Below are positions 10,285 to 19,213 of a stretch of DNA of 64,000 nucleotides, in pieces. Both the position numbers and the translations under genes were made by a program. The stretch spans positions 27,702 through 91,701 of the forward strand of contig CAJWQR010000001.1 in NCBI GenBank assembly GCA_913045195.1, given 5' to 3'. Positions within the stretch are counted from its first letter, which is position 1. Every line of letters begins with the position of its first letter. The notes below the pieces were generated by a model, which ran no database searches, was not told the DNA's origin, and worked only from the letters and a program-made list of their open reading frames with translations. This DNA is from an uncultured Legionellales bacterium (GTDB lineage: Bacteria > Pseudomonadota > Gammaproteobacteria > Eutrophobiales > Eutrophobiaceae).

Positions 10285-11639
10285 TTTAAATTAATTCCCA
10301 GTGTTTTAAGTTTTCTATAAAGGTGTGTTCGTTCAATACCAATCTGATTTGCTAATTTACTAACATTACCATTTGCTTTTTCTAACTGATATATGAGATA
10401 TGCCTTTTCAAATTCCTCTCTTGCATCACGTAACGGCAGATCTAAATTAAAGACTTCCGTATTATATTCTTTTTGTGGAATTTTTATTTTTCCTAGATAA
10501 GATTCAATTTCGTCTATATTAATAATTTCTTCTGTTCCTAAAATCAATAAACGCTGAACAAGATTTTTTAATTCACTTTCGTTACCAGGCCATTTATAAC
10601 TTCGTAAACGATTTTGAGCAGAAACACTAAACTTTCTATATGGTAAAGATTCTATTTGTATGAATTGATTAACGTAGTATTCAAGCAATTCAGGAATATC
10701 TTCATAATGTTCATGTAATGATGGAATATTTATTGGTAACACATTCAACAAATAATATAACTCATCTATGAATTGTCCTTTTTTAATCATTGATTCAGCA
10801 TCATAACGTGTTGCAGCAATAATTCTTAAATCTAGATTTACACGTTCAGAACTTCCAGTACGTATATATTGTTTTGTTTTTAATACATCAAGAAGGCGTG
10901 ATTGAAGTGTTATACTTAGGTCTCCAATATCATTAATATACAATACTCCTTCCATTGCATTGTCCAGATAACCCTCTTGTATTTGATTATTCGCCATAAA
11001 ACCAAATAATTCGTTTTGGAAATTTTCTTCATTTAGTGTTGAAACATTTACAGTAACGAACGGCTTATCAGAACGCGAACTAAGTGAGTGCAGATATCTA
11101 GCGAGCATTTCTTTATTTGTTCCAGATTCTCCTCTCATTAAAATATATGCATCATGCTCTGCAATTCTTAACAATTGAGATTTTAATTCATGAATTAGTT
11201 TGCTTTTGCCAATGGGTTCAAGCTTTGAAAATGTGATTTGATTTAGTTTTAAGTTTTCACTTTTTAGTGAAGAGGTTTCTAACGCATGTTTAATTGTAAG
11301 TAATAATTTGGCAGTGGAAAGTGGTTTTTCTATAAAATCATAGGCACCACTACGCGTTGCTTCTACAGCTGTCTCGACATTTCCATGCCCAGACATCATT
11401 ATAATAGGAATTTCATGACCGAATGTATTTTTCCACTCCTTTAGTAAAGTAATACCATCAATATCCGGCATCCAGATATCAAGTAAAATTAAATCAGGCT
11501 TAGTCTTTTCAATTAGTTGCCGAGCTATTACCCCATTCTCAGCTACATTTACTTCGAACCCCTCATCCTCAAGAATTTCTTGAACCAGATTACGTATATC
11601 AGGCTCGTCATCAACAATAAGAATGCGTCGTTTACTCAT
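10281..11639 (-). CDS. ntrX: NtrX-like response regulator (REC-AAA+-Fis HTH)
   Basis: ILIVDDE, LLDIWMPDIDG, MSGHG, WPGN, GIERTHLYRKLK; downstream of rsmB-DUF4390-kinase. Confidence 0.88.
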   Translation of the reverse strand: MSKRRILIVDDEPDIRNLVQEILEDEGFEVNVAENGVIARQLIEKTKPDLILLDIWMPDIDGITLLKEWKNTFGHEIPIIMMSGHGNVETAVEATRSGAYDFIEKPLSTAKLLLTIKHALETSSLKSENLKLNQITFSKLEPIGKSKLIHELKSQLLRIAEHDAYILMRGESGTNKEMLARYLHSLSSRSDKPFVTVNVSTLNEENFQNELFGFMANNQIQEGYLDNAMEGVLYINDIGDLSITLQSRLLDVLKTKQYIRTGSSERVNLDLRIIAATRYDAESMIKKGQFIDELYYLLNVLPINIPSLHEHYEDIPELLEYYVNQFIQIESLPYRKFSVSAQNRLRSYKWPGNESELKNLVQRLLILGTEEIINIDEIESYLGKIKIPQKEYNTEVFNLDLPLRDAREEFEKAYLIYQLEKANGNVSKLANQIGIERTHLYRKLKTLGINLK

Positions 11640-11672
11640 TTGAATTTAATTTTTTATATTTTATTAAATAAA

Positions 11673-13832
11673 TTAATTTACCGGCAACCTTATTACAGCA
11701 CATGCCCCATCTTCTTCTTTATTGTTTTCGAGCCAAAAAGTGCCCGAATGTTCATCAATAATTTTCTTCACTATAGCTAGTCCTAATCCAGTTCCTTTCT
11801 CTTTAGTTGTTATATAGGGTTCAAGTAAGTTATTTTCAACTAGCGGATCAATCCCAGGACCGCTATCAATTACACGTATTTCAATTATTTCATTATCCTC
11901 AATATTTACTGTTTTAGCACTTATTTTCAGTAAATTATGGGCGCCTATTGAGTTTGCATCAACTGCATTTGCTAAGACATTATTTAACACCCGTCTTAAT
12001 TTTTTCTCATCACCATGAATTTTTGGAAGATTTGTTTTTATATCCATTTTAATTTTATTCCCGCAATTCATATTGCTGAACAAATCAACACCCTCTTGCA
12101 GTAAGTTTATAATTTCTATCTCTTCTTCTTTAAATTCTGCCGGTCGAGCATAGTCAGAAAAATCATTTACCATATCTTTCATTGTTTCAACTTGTTGTAT
12201 GATTGTATTTGTCATTCTATCTAACGTTTCAACATTATTTGTATCTAAACTTGAAAGATATTTACTCCTTAATCGTTCAGCAGCTAGTTGAATTGGTGTA
12301 AGGGGATTTTTAATTTCATGAGCTAAGCGGCGAGCTACTTCACTCCAAGCGGCATCTCGTTGCCCTTGAATTAAAGCAGTAATTTCATCAAAGACTACTA
12401 TATGTTTAATTTTCGAATTATCAGAACTCGTCAGTACCGTACCATTGATCAATAAAATCTGATTACCCGTTTTTTTAGACAAAATAATTTGTTCACGCCA
12501 ATCATTAGTTTTTTCATTAATATTATTTGAAATACATTCAAAAAAGTTTTTTAATTTTGAAAAATTATTTATTAGATCATTAATATTTTTTTGATTAAGG
12601 ATAGTTACTTCTATTTGTAATATTTGAGCTGCACTAATATTTGACTTTTCAATTTTTCCATCTTTATTGAAGACAATAACTCCAGATGAGAGTCTAGATA
12701 GAATTGTTTCAAGATAAATTTGTTGCGACTCTGATTCTTTCTGACTATTTTTAGCAGTGTCTCTTGCTTGGGATATTTTATCGGTCATATCATTGAATGA
12801 TGCTACAAGAAATCCCAATTCGTCATTACTAGGTACAGGCAATTTTGTATTATAATTACCTTTTGCGATAGCACGTGTTCCTTGAGCTAAATCCTTGATT
12901 GGCGCTGCTAATGTTCGAGCTGAATAAAATGCTGCCCAGACCGCACTAAATACACTGAATAGTAAAACCAAAGTTAGTATTATTATAAAACTAAATTTTA
13001 GCTGTTCTCGGAGATACGATAATTCTTTATATTCAATAAAAGAAGTTTGCACATTCGCAGAAAGCCGATTCATTCTTTCTGACATTGGAAATAATGCTTG
13101 TATAATTTTTTCTGTGTTTCCAATCCCAATCATTGGGACGTTGACAACGGCTCTAATCACAAGACCTTTATTTTTAACTAAGTCAATCCCAATGTAACTA
13201 TTATTTTGTATTAATTGAAGTAATATTGTTTCTTCTAGCGTATCAGGAACAAGACTTTTCGTATCTTCAGAACTCGAAACAACAATTGCCCCTTTTCTAG
13301 TTAGTAAAGTTAATTCATCGGCATTAATGCGATCTCTAATTAGATCAATACGAGATGGTAGTTCGACATCATTAGCATCACTTAATTCTTCTGCAATTTT
13401 TTCTGTAGTTTTCAGAAGTTCACGCATTCTAACATCCAAAGCTAGACGACTTAATTCAAGTGAATCGTCGAGAGCCTGCTCAATCCTTAAATCAAACCAA
13501 CTATCGATTCCACGATGTAAAAAGTCTAAAGAAAAATAATAAACTATTAATACTGGCGTTACCGAGAGTAAAGAAAATAGAATAACAATTCTAATTGTCA
13601 TTCGAGACCCGATTACCCGGTTTTTTAATTGACGTATAAGACGTTTTAAGTTGAGAATAATTAATATACTTAGACTAATTAATCCTAAAGCATTGAATAA
13701 AAGCAGGCCTAAATAGAAACGATCAAACAACTCTGAATTTTGTAGGCTTTTACTCATCATCAAAAGCGATGAAAGCATAAAAATAAATAAGCATAAGCCT
13801 ATAAATGTTATTAATTTCTCACCCTTTTTCAT
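11673..13832 (-). CDS. ntrY: NtrY-like sensor histidine kinase (TM, HAMP, PAS, HisKA, HATPase)
   Basis: AWSEVARRLAHEIKNPLTPIQL H-box, DSGPG, TTKEKGTGLGL; ATG 13832 preferred over GTG 13847. Confidence 0.9.
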   Translation of the reverse strand: MKKGEKLITFIGLCLFIFMLSSLLMMSKSLQNSELFDRFYLGLLLFNALGLISLSILIILNLKRLIRQLKNRVIGSRMTIRIVILFSLLSVTPVLIVYYFSLDFLHRGIDSWFDLRIEQALDDSLELSRLALDVRMRELLKTTEKIAEELSDANDVELPSRIDLIRDRINADELTLLTRKGAIVVSSSEDTKSLVPDTLEETILLQLIQNNSYIGIDLVKNKGLVIRAVVNVPMIGIGNTEKIIQALFPMSERMNRLSANVQTSFIEYKELSYLREQLKFSFIIILTLVLLFSVFSAVWAAFYSARTLAAPIKDLAQGTRAIAKGNYNTKLPVPSNDELGFLVASFNDMTDKISQARDTAKNSQKESESQQIYLETILSRLSSGVIVFNKDGKIEKSNISAAQILQIEVTILNQKNINDLINNFSKLKNFFECISNNINEKTNDWREQIILSKKTGNQILLINGTVLTSSDNSKIKHIVVFDEITALIQGQRDAAWSEVARRLAHEIKNPLTPIQLAAERLRSKYLSSLDTNNVETLDRMTNTIIQQVETMKDMVNDFSDYARPAEFKEEEIEIINLLQEGVDLFSNMNCGNKIKMDIKTNLPKIHGDEKKLRRVLNNVLANAVDANSIGAHNLLKISAKTVNIEDNEIIEIRVIDSGPGIDPLVENNLLEPYITTKEKGTGLGLAIVKKIIDEHSGTFWLENNKEEDGACAVIRLPVN

Positions 13833-13834
13833 TT

Positions 13835-14395
13835 TTATATTTCCCACTTATACCATTGACTCGAAATATTCCAATCTGATGAAAAATATGCACGAGGTCT
13901 TAGAGGACTTGGTAATGAGTCTATATCAAGATACAGACGAATTCTCGCTAAGTAGTTTATATTTTTCTGTAATTTACTTTGTTTGAATAATTTCATCTTA
14001 GATATTTTACTAATTGCATTTATAGCGGCATCAAGATTCTTATAATAATTTACTATTCCAGTATTCATATTAGTTATTAAGAAGTTTTCGGTTAATGGTT
14101 TATGCTCAAGTTTATGTATTATTTTTTTCTCAAATATGATTTTATTCCAAAACCATTTTTGTTTTATAAGTAATTGGAAATCTGTATGTATTTCGAATGA
14201 AATTCCTTGTCGTAGCGCTTTATATGCTTCTTTTGATAAATAAAATTCGGAGGATGAATCTAAGTAAAAGATATCATTATCAATATAAGTACTTGCTGAG
14301 TTTATATTCACACTCTCGGCATGAATTAATCTATTTGTAAATATTATTAATATAATAATACAAATTAAACCTACTTTTTTTATTCTAATTAACAT
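13835..14395 (-). CDS. DUF4390 family exported protein
   Basis: Signal peptide, AL..GI, LDIDSLPSPLRP..W..SS.W; conserved position between rsmB and ntrY. Confidence 0.85.
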   Translation of the reverse strand: MLIRIKKVGLICIIILIIFTNRLIHAESVNINSASTYIDNDIFYLDSSSEFYLSKEAYKALRQGISFEIHTDFQLLIKQKWFWNKIIFEKKIIHKLEHKPLTENFLITNMNTGIVNYYKNLDAAINAISKISKMKLFKQSKLQKNINYLARIRLYLDIDSLPSPLRPRAYFSSDWNISSQWYKWEI

Positions 14396-15723
14396 TTAAT
14401 ATTTTTTTTAAGACACGCATAGAAGAAACCATCCATATTATCTTGTCCAGATAAAATTTGTCTGCCATAACCAGTATCAAAACCCCATTTTGTTATAATT
14501 GGTTTAAGGTTGCATTCAGAATGCTTCTTTATAAATTTTTTTATTAAATTGCTATTTTCTTGATTAAGAACAGAGCAAGTTGCATATACAAGTAAGCCAT
14601 TATTTTTAAGTGTACTCCAGAGTGTTGCCAGAAGTTTCATTTGTAATTTATTAATTGCGGTTATTTCATCCATTGTTCTTAATAGTTTTATATCTGGATG
14701 TCTACGTATTACTCCAGTTGCAGAACAAGGCGCATCAAATAAAATTCGATCAAATTTTTTTCCATTCCACCAGGCATCAATATTTACTATATTCTCTACT
14801 TTTATATTTGCGTGTAATTTAAGCCTATCTAAAGTACCGTGAAGTTTCTCAGCACGAATTTTATCTTTTTCTATAGCTGTTAGAGTCTTTATTTTTGGCT
14901 CTGATTCAAGAATATGTGCGCTTTTCCCTCCTGGAGCAGCACAAGCATCAAGAACATTATGGTTAGGTTTCAAATCAAGTAGTTCAACTGCAAGTTGAGC
15001 AGCAAGATCTTGAATAGAAATATCGCCTTGAGCAAACCCTGGTAATTTTTCTATGCTTGTAGGTTCTTCAAGTAAAATACCATTAGATGAGTAGTTCGTT
15101 TTCCCCCCGGTAATACCTACTTTTTTTAGTTTAATTAAGTATTCTTCTCTATTATTTTGGAGTTGATTAACTCGAAGAAACATTGGCGGACGCTCATTAT
15201 TTGCGATTAATATATTATTCCAGTCATTAGGCCAATCCCCTTTAATTTTCTCTATTAACCATTCAGGGTGCGCCAGCTTTATTAATTCATTTTTGCTAAT
15301 TTTAGAGTTTAGGTTTTTTGTTTCCCTAAGATATTTCCTCAATATTGCATTGATTAAACCTTTTGCCCATCCCATGTTTATTTTTACACATATTTCAACA
15401 GTTTCTGACACAACAGCATGACTAGGGATTCTCATATACATTAATTGATAAAGACCTATTATTATTAAATATTTGAGGAGCCGATCTTTCTTTTTTATAC
15501 GCTTTTCAATTAATTGATTAAGAATATATTCAAGCTGTATATACCAACGTAACGTCCCATAAAGCATCTCCTGAATCAGGGCTTTATCCTTCCTGATTTT
15601 TTTTAAAATTTCATTATTATTAATTGCTATTTTTAGTGGTATATTTTTTTCTAAAACTTCTTCAATTATTTGAAGAGCAATTAAGCGGGGAGATATAACA
15701 GGTTTTGGTTTATTATTTATCAA
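14389..15723 (-). CDS. rsmB: 16S rRNA m5C967 methyltransferase
   Basis: NusB-like N-domain, VLDACAAPGGKS, DAPCSATGVIRRHPDIK, YATCS, DGFFYA. Confidence 0.97.
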   Translation of the reverse strand: MINNKPKPVISPRLIALQIIEEVLEKNIPLKIAINNNEILKKIRKDKALIQEMLYGTLRWYIQLEYILNQLIEKRIKKKDRLLKYLIIIGLYQLMYMRIPSHAVVSETVEICVKINMGWAKGLINAILRKYLRETKNLNSKISKNELIKLAHPEWLIEKIKGDWPNDWNNILIANNERPPMFLRVNQLQNNREEYLIKLKKVGITGGKTNYSSNGILLEEPTSIEKLPGFAQGDISIQDLAAQLAVELLDLKPNHNVLDACAAPGGKSAHILESEPKIKTLTAIEKDKIRAEKLHGTLDRLKLHANIKVENIVNIDAWWNGKKFDRILFDAPCSATGVIRRHPDIKLLRTMDEITAINKLQMKLLATLWSTLKNNGLLVYATCSVLNQENSNLIKKFIKKHSECNLKPIITKWGFDTGYGRQILSGQDNMDGFFYACLKKNIKC

Positions 15724-16651
15724 GTTTATTGCTTATAAAATCAGCATGACCATTTAGAAAATCTTTTGCTAAAATTATTTTTTTCCCAGGCAATTGTAAT
15801 TTAGTTATTGAAAGCAGATCTTGACTAGTTACTACATCCAGTGTCGATTTTTCACTTAGTATAGTTCCCGGCTTGAACTTATTAGTAGCAGGTTTTATTT
15901 TTGCTTCCCATACTCTCATAGTAATACCTTTGAGTGTTGTATGCGCTATAGGACTCGGGTTATAAGCACGAATCTTTCTCTCTAATTCTTTTGCTGGCCT
16001 GTTCCAGTCTAATTTCGCATCTTGTTTACTGATTTTTTTTGCATAGGTAGCTTTTGAATCATCCTGTTTTATCGCATTTATTTTTCTCGATGCAATTTTT
16101 TCAAGAGCATCGTGAATATTTGCTGCACTAATATCCGCTAATCTAGCGTGTAAACTACCACTTGTATCTTGATTACTTATTGGGCAAACAATTTGTTTTA
16201 AAATTGGCCCTGTATCTAGATTTTTGTCCATTTGTGTAATTGTTATGCCAGTTTTTTTATCGCCCGCCTCAATAGCTCGTTGAATCGGAGCAGCACCACG
16301 CCAATGTGGTAGTAATGAAGTGTGTATGTTTATACAACCAAATTTTGGTTTCGCTAAAGCTTTTGGTGTGAGCAATAAGCCATAAGCAACAACCAATAAT
16401 AAATCGTAATTTTCTAAATAATAGGATTCAAGGTCTCGAGAATTTTCTGGCTGGAAAGTCTGAATATTATTTTCAATCGCACATATTTTTACTTCACTTT
16501 GTTTAATTTTATGACCTCTCCCCGCGGGCCGATCGGGTTTGGTAAAAACAATCCCAATATTATGTTGGTTAGTATCAATAAGAGATTTTAGAACTATTCG
16601 AGCAAGTTCAGGAGTTCCAGCAAACGCTAGCTTTAATTTGGCATGGTTCAC
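15713..16651 (-). CDS. fmt: Methionyl-tRNA formyltransferase
   Basis: FAGTP, PDRPAGRG, VVAYG, NIHTSLLPHWRGAAPIQRAI, LDTGP. Confidence 0.98.
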   Translation of the reverse strand: MNHAKLKLAFAGTPELARIVLKSLIDTNQHNIGIVFTKPDRPAGRGHKIKQSEVKICAIENNIQTFQPENSRDLESYYLENYDLLLVVAYGLLLTPKALAKPKFGCINIHTSLLPHWRGAAPIQRAIEAGDKKTGITITQMDKNLDTGPILKQIVCPISNQDTSGSLHARLADISAANIHDALEKIASRKINAIKQDDSKATYAKKISKQDAKLDWNRPAKELERKIRAYNPSPIAHTTLKGITMRVWEAKIKPATNKFKPGTILSEKSTLDVVTSQDLLSITKLQLPGKKIILAKDFLNGHADFISNKLDK

Positions 16652-17208
16652 AATATTTTATTAAGAGACTTACCTTTTTTAAGCAATCGTTTTGAGCTTT
16701 CGGAATGGTGCTTTTCTATTCTTTGTTTACGTATTTTTTTCTTGAGGCGATTACGTTTGAGCGGAGATAGATAATCGATGAATAATTTGCCATTTAAATG
16801 GTCGATTTCATGTTGTATACAAATTGCTAATAGACCATCAACAATTTTTGTAATAACCTGATTTTCAAGTGTTCTGTAACTGAACTCAATGTTTTTTGCA
16901 CGTTCAACAATATCAAAATAATCAGGAACAGATAGACAGCCTTCCTGCGTTGTTTCTTTTCCTTCTAATTTTGATATTTCAGGATTAATTAAAATTATTG
17001 GCTTATTTCTGCTTTCGGATAGGTCAATTACGACAATTCTTTTTTGTATGTTGACTTGAGTCGCGGCTAAGCCAATACCACCCTCTATGTACATTGTTTC
17101 GAGCATATTTTCCGCGATATTATTTATTTTTGAGGTAATTTCTTTCACTGGAGAGGCTTTCAAACGAAGTCTTTCGTCTGGAAAATGCAAAACTTTAAGT
17201 ATTGTCAT
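16648..17208 (-). CDS. def: Peptide deformylase
   Basis: GIGLAATQ, EGCLS, QHEIDHLNG motifs. Confidence 0.98.
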   Translation of the reverse strand: MTILKVLHFPDERLRLKASPVKEITSKINNIAENMLETMYIEGGIGLAATQVNIQKRIVVIDLSESRNKPIILINPEISKLEGKETTQEGCLSVPDYFDIVERAKNIEFSYRTLENQVITKIVDGLLAICIQHEIDHLNGKLFIDYLSPLKRNRLKKKIRKQRIEKHHSESSKRLLKKGKSLNKIL

Positions 17209-17362
17209 GACAATTTCTACCCTAAAATCTTTATAACTAACTGATAGTATACAGGAAAATCATTTTTCTTCGATTAGAGACTCAAACAAAATATTTATCT
17301 TACTGACATTTTACTCAGCTTTTTGATAATCTACATCTGATAGATTACGTAAGGTAATAGAC

Positions 17363-18601
17363 ATGCTTAATAAGATTCTAATTTCATTCGTAATTTTGTT
17401 ACTATTTTTTAGTGCAAATGCAGACGAATTAAAGCTCAACCCTGAGCATCCGGGAGAATATACGGTTGTTAAGGGGGATACGCTTTGGGATATATCAGCG
17501 CGCTTTTTAAAGCAACCATGGCGCTGGCTGGAAATTTGGGGAGTGAATCCACAGATAAAAAACCCACATTTAATTTATCCTGGAGATGTAGTTTCTCTCA
17601 GTTTTAAAGATGGTAAACCAGTTTTAAATCTTGAGCGAGCTGGGCAAGTAACAGTTGGAAGAAACGTAAAACTTTCTCCTACCATACGTAGTTCTGAGAA
17701 TATTGACGCTATACCTGCTATTCCCATTGACGCAATTCAACAATTTTTAATGTGGCCAATAATTCTTGAAGAAGACGAAATGGATGATTGGCCTTATGTT
17801 GTCTCAAGCTATGATGGTCATCTAATAGCTGCGGAGAATAATATAATTTACATTCGAGGTCTGCCAGATGATTCAGGCACAAAAGAATATTCCATATATC
17901 GTAAAGGACAGGCTTATAAAAATGTAAAAAAAGATAAGGATGAAGAAGATGAAGTGCTTGGGTACGAAGCAATATACATAGGTCAGGCAGTCATGCAAAG
18001 AAAAGGCGACCCCGCTTCGGCTGTAGTAACTTCAGTTGATCGTGAGGTGTTAGTAGGGGACCGATTAGTCCCTAATACTGACGGAGATATGAGTATAGAG
18101 TTTCTTCCAGGTCCGACTAAAACTAAAGTTGAAGGCAGTATTCTATCTGTTTTGACTGGTATATCGCAGTTAGGCGGTGTAGCACAGATAGGTCAATATC
18201 AAGTTGTGGTTCTTAACATTGGCGAAAATAATGGAATTGAGCCAGGCAATGTGCTTGGAATATTTCAAAATAATTTTAAGGTAAAAGATTCAATAGGGAT
18301 AAACAAACCAGAAGCTCTAGAAAAGGAAGACGCAAAGAGAATAAAATTTGAACGCGAAGATGCTAATCTTTTTGATCGGGAACTAAGCAAATTGGTAAAT
18401 ACGATTAGAGGGGCAATTATAAAGTTTGATAAAAAGTTTCCTACATTCGCTAACAGAAAAGTCAGTTCGGAAGCTATTACACTACCTGAAGAGCACGTTG
18501 GTGTTATGATGGTTTTTAGAACTTTTAAGAAGATTAGTTATGCTTTAGTTATGGAAACTAGTGGCCCAGTACATATTTTTGATGCAGTAAGGAGTTTGTA
18601 A
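17363..18601 (+). CDS. LysM peptidoglycan-binding exported protein (TsaP-like, def-divergent family)
   Basis: Signal peptide, YTVVKGDTLWDISARFL..PWRW.EIW..NPQIKNPHLIYPGD, C-terminal LPEE..G.MMVFRTF. Confidence 0.9.
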   Translation: MLNKILISFVILLLFFSANADELKLNPEHPGEYTVVKGDTLWDISARFLKQPWRWLEIWGVNPQIKNPHLIYPGDVVSLSFKDGKPVLNLERAGQVTVGRNVKLSPTIRSSENIDAIPAIPIDAIQQFLMWPIILEEDEMDDWPYVVSSYDGHLIAAENNIIYIRGLPDDSGTKEYSIYRKGQAYKNVKKDKDEEDEVLGYEAIYIGQAVMQRKGDPASAVVTSVDREVLVGDRLVPNTDGDMSIEFLPGPTKTKVEGSILSVLTGISQLGGVAQIGQYQVVVLNIGENNGIEPGNVLGIFQNNFKVKDSIGINKPEALEKEDAKRIKFEREDANLFDRELSKLVNTIRGAIIKFDKKFPTFANRKVSSEAITLPEEHVGVMMVFRTFKKISYALVMETSGPVHIFDAVRSL

Positions 18602-18682
18602 ATATTATTAGCGTTTAATATATACTTCAATATGGCTAACGTATGGCATTAATTTTATTTTAATCATTGAGACAGACTTCTT

Positions 18683-19159
18683 ATGAAAGAATCAGTTTTA
18701 GATGTGCTCATATACTTATTCGATCATTACGTTGAGCAGGAGCTTGAGATAATACCGAATCAAAAAGATTTAAAGAGTCAGTTAAATCAAGCTGGCTTTG
18801 CTGATATGCAAATTGATAAAGCAATTAATTGGCTAGAAGGTCTTGCTGTAAAAAAAGATGAGTTTGATGTTGGTATTGTTCATTCAAGATCGACACGAGT
18901 ATTTAGCAGTATTGAAAATGAAAAGCTTGATGTTGAGTGTAAAGGTTTTTTGATTTTTCTTGAACAATCCGGAGTGCTTGATTCTGAAGATCGGGAGCTC
19001 GTTATTGACAGAGTAATGGCTCTTGAAACTGAAACTATAGAATTGCAACAGCTTAAATGGGTTGTTCTAATGGTTTTATTTAACAGGCCCGGCAAAGAAG
19101 CAGCTTTCGCCTGGATGGAAGATATTATCTTAGACGAGGTTAGCGCTGTAGTTCATTAG
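18683..19159 (+). CDS. smg: Smg / DUF494 protein
   Basis: MKESVLDVLIYLF, AGF...IDKAINWLEGL, GFLIFLEQ, LKWVVLMVLFN. Confidence 0.95.
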   Translation: MKESVLDVLIYLFDHYVEQELEIIPNQKDLKSQLNQAGFADMQIDKAINWLEGLAVKKDEFDVGIVHSRSTRVFSSIENEKLDVECKGFLIFLEQSGVLDSEDRELVIDRVMALETETIELQQLKWVVLMVLFNRPGKEAAFAWMEDIILDEVSAVVH

Positions 19160-19213
19160 GCGAATTAAAATACGATTGATATTTATTTTTAAATTAATGT
19201 TGTTTAACTATTT

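Noticed and set aside
18630..18660. TATGGC direct repeat or sigma54-like TGGCA upstream of smg
   Set aside because: No TTGC at the -12 position and too short to be significant
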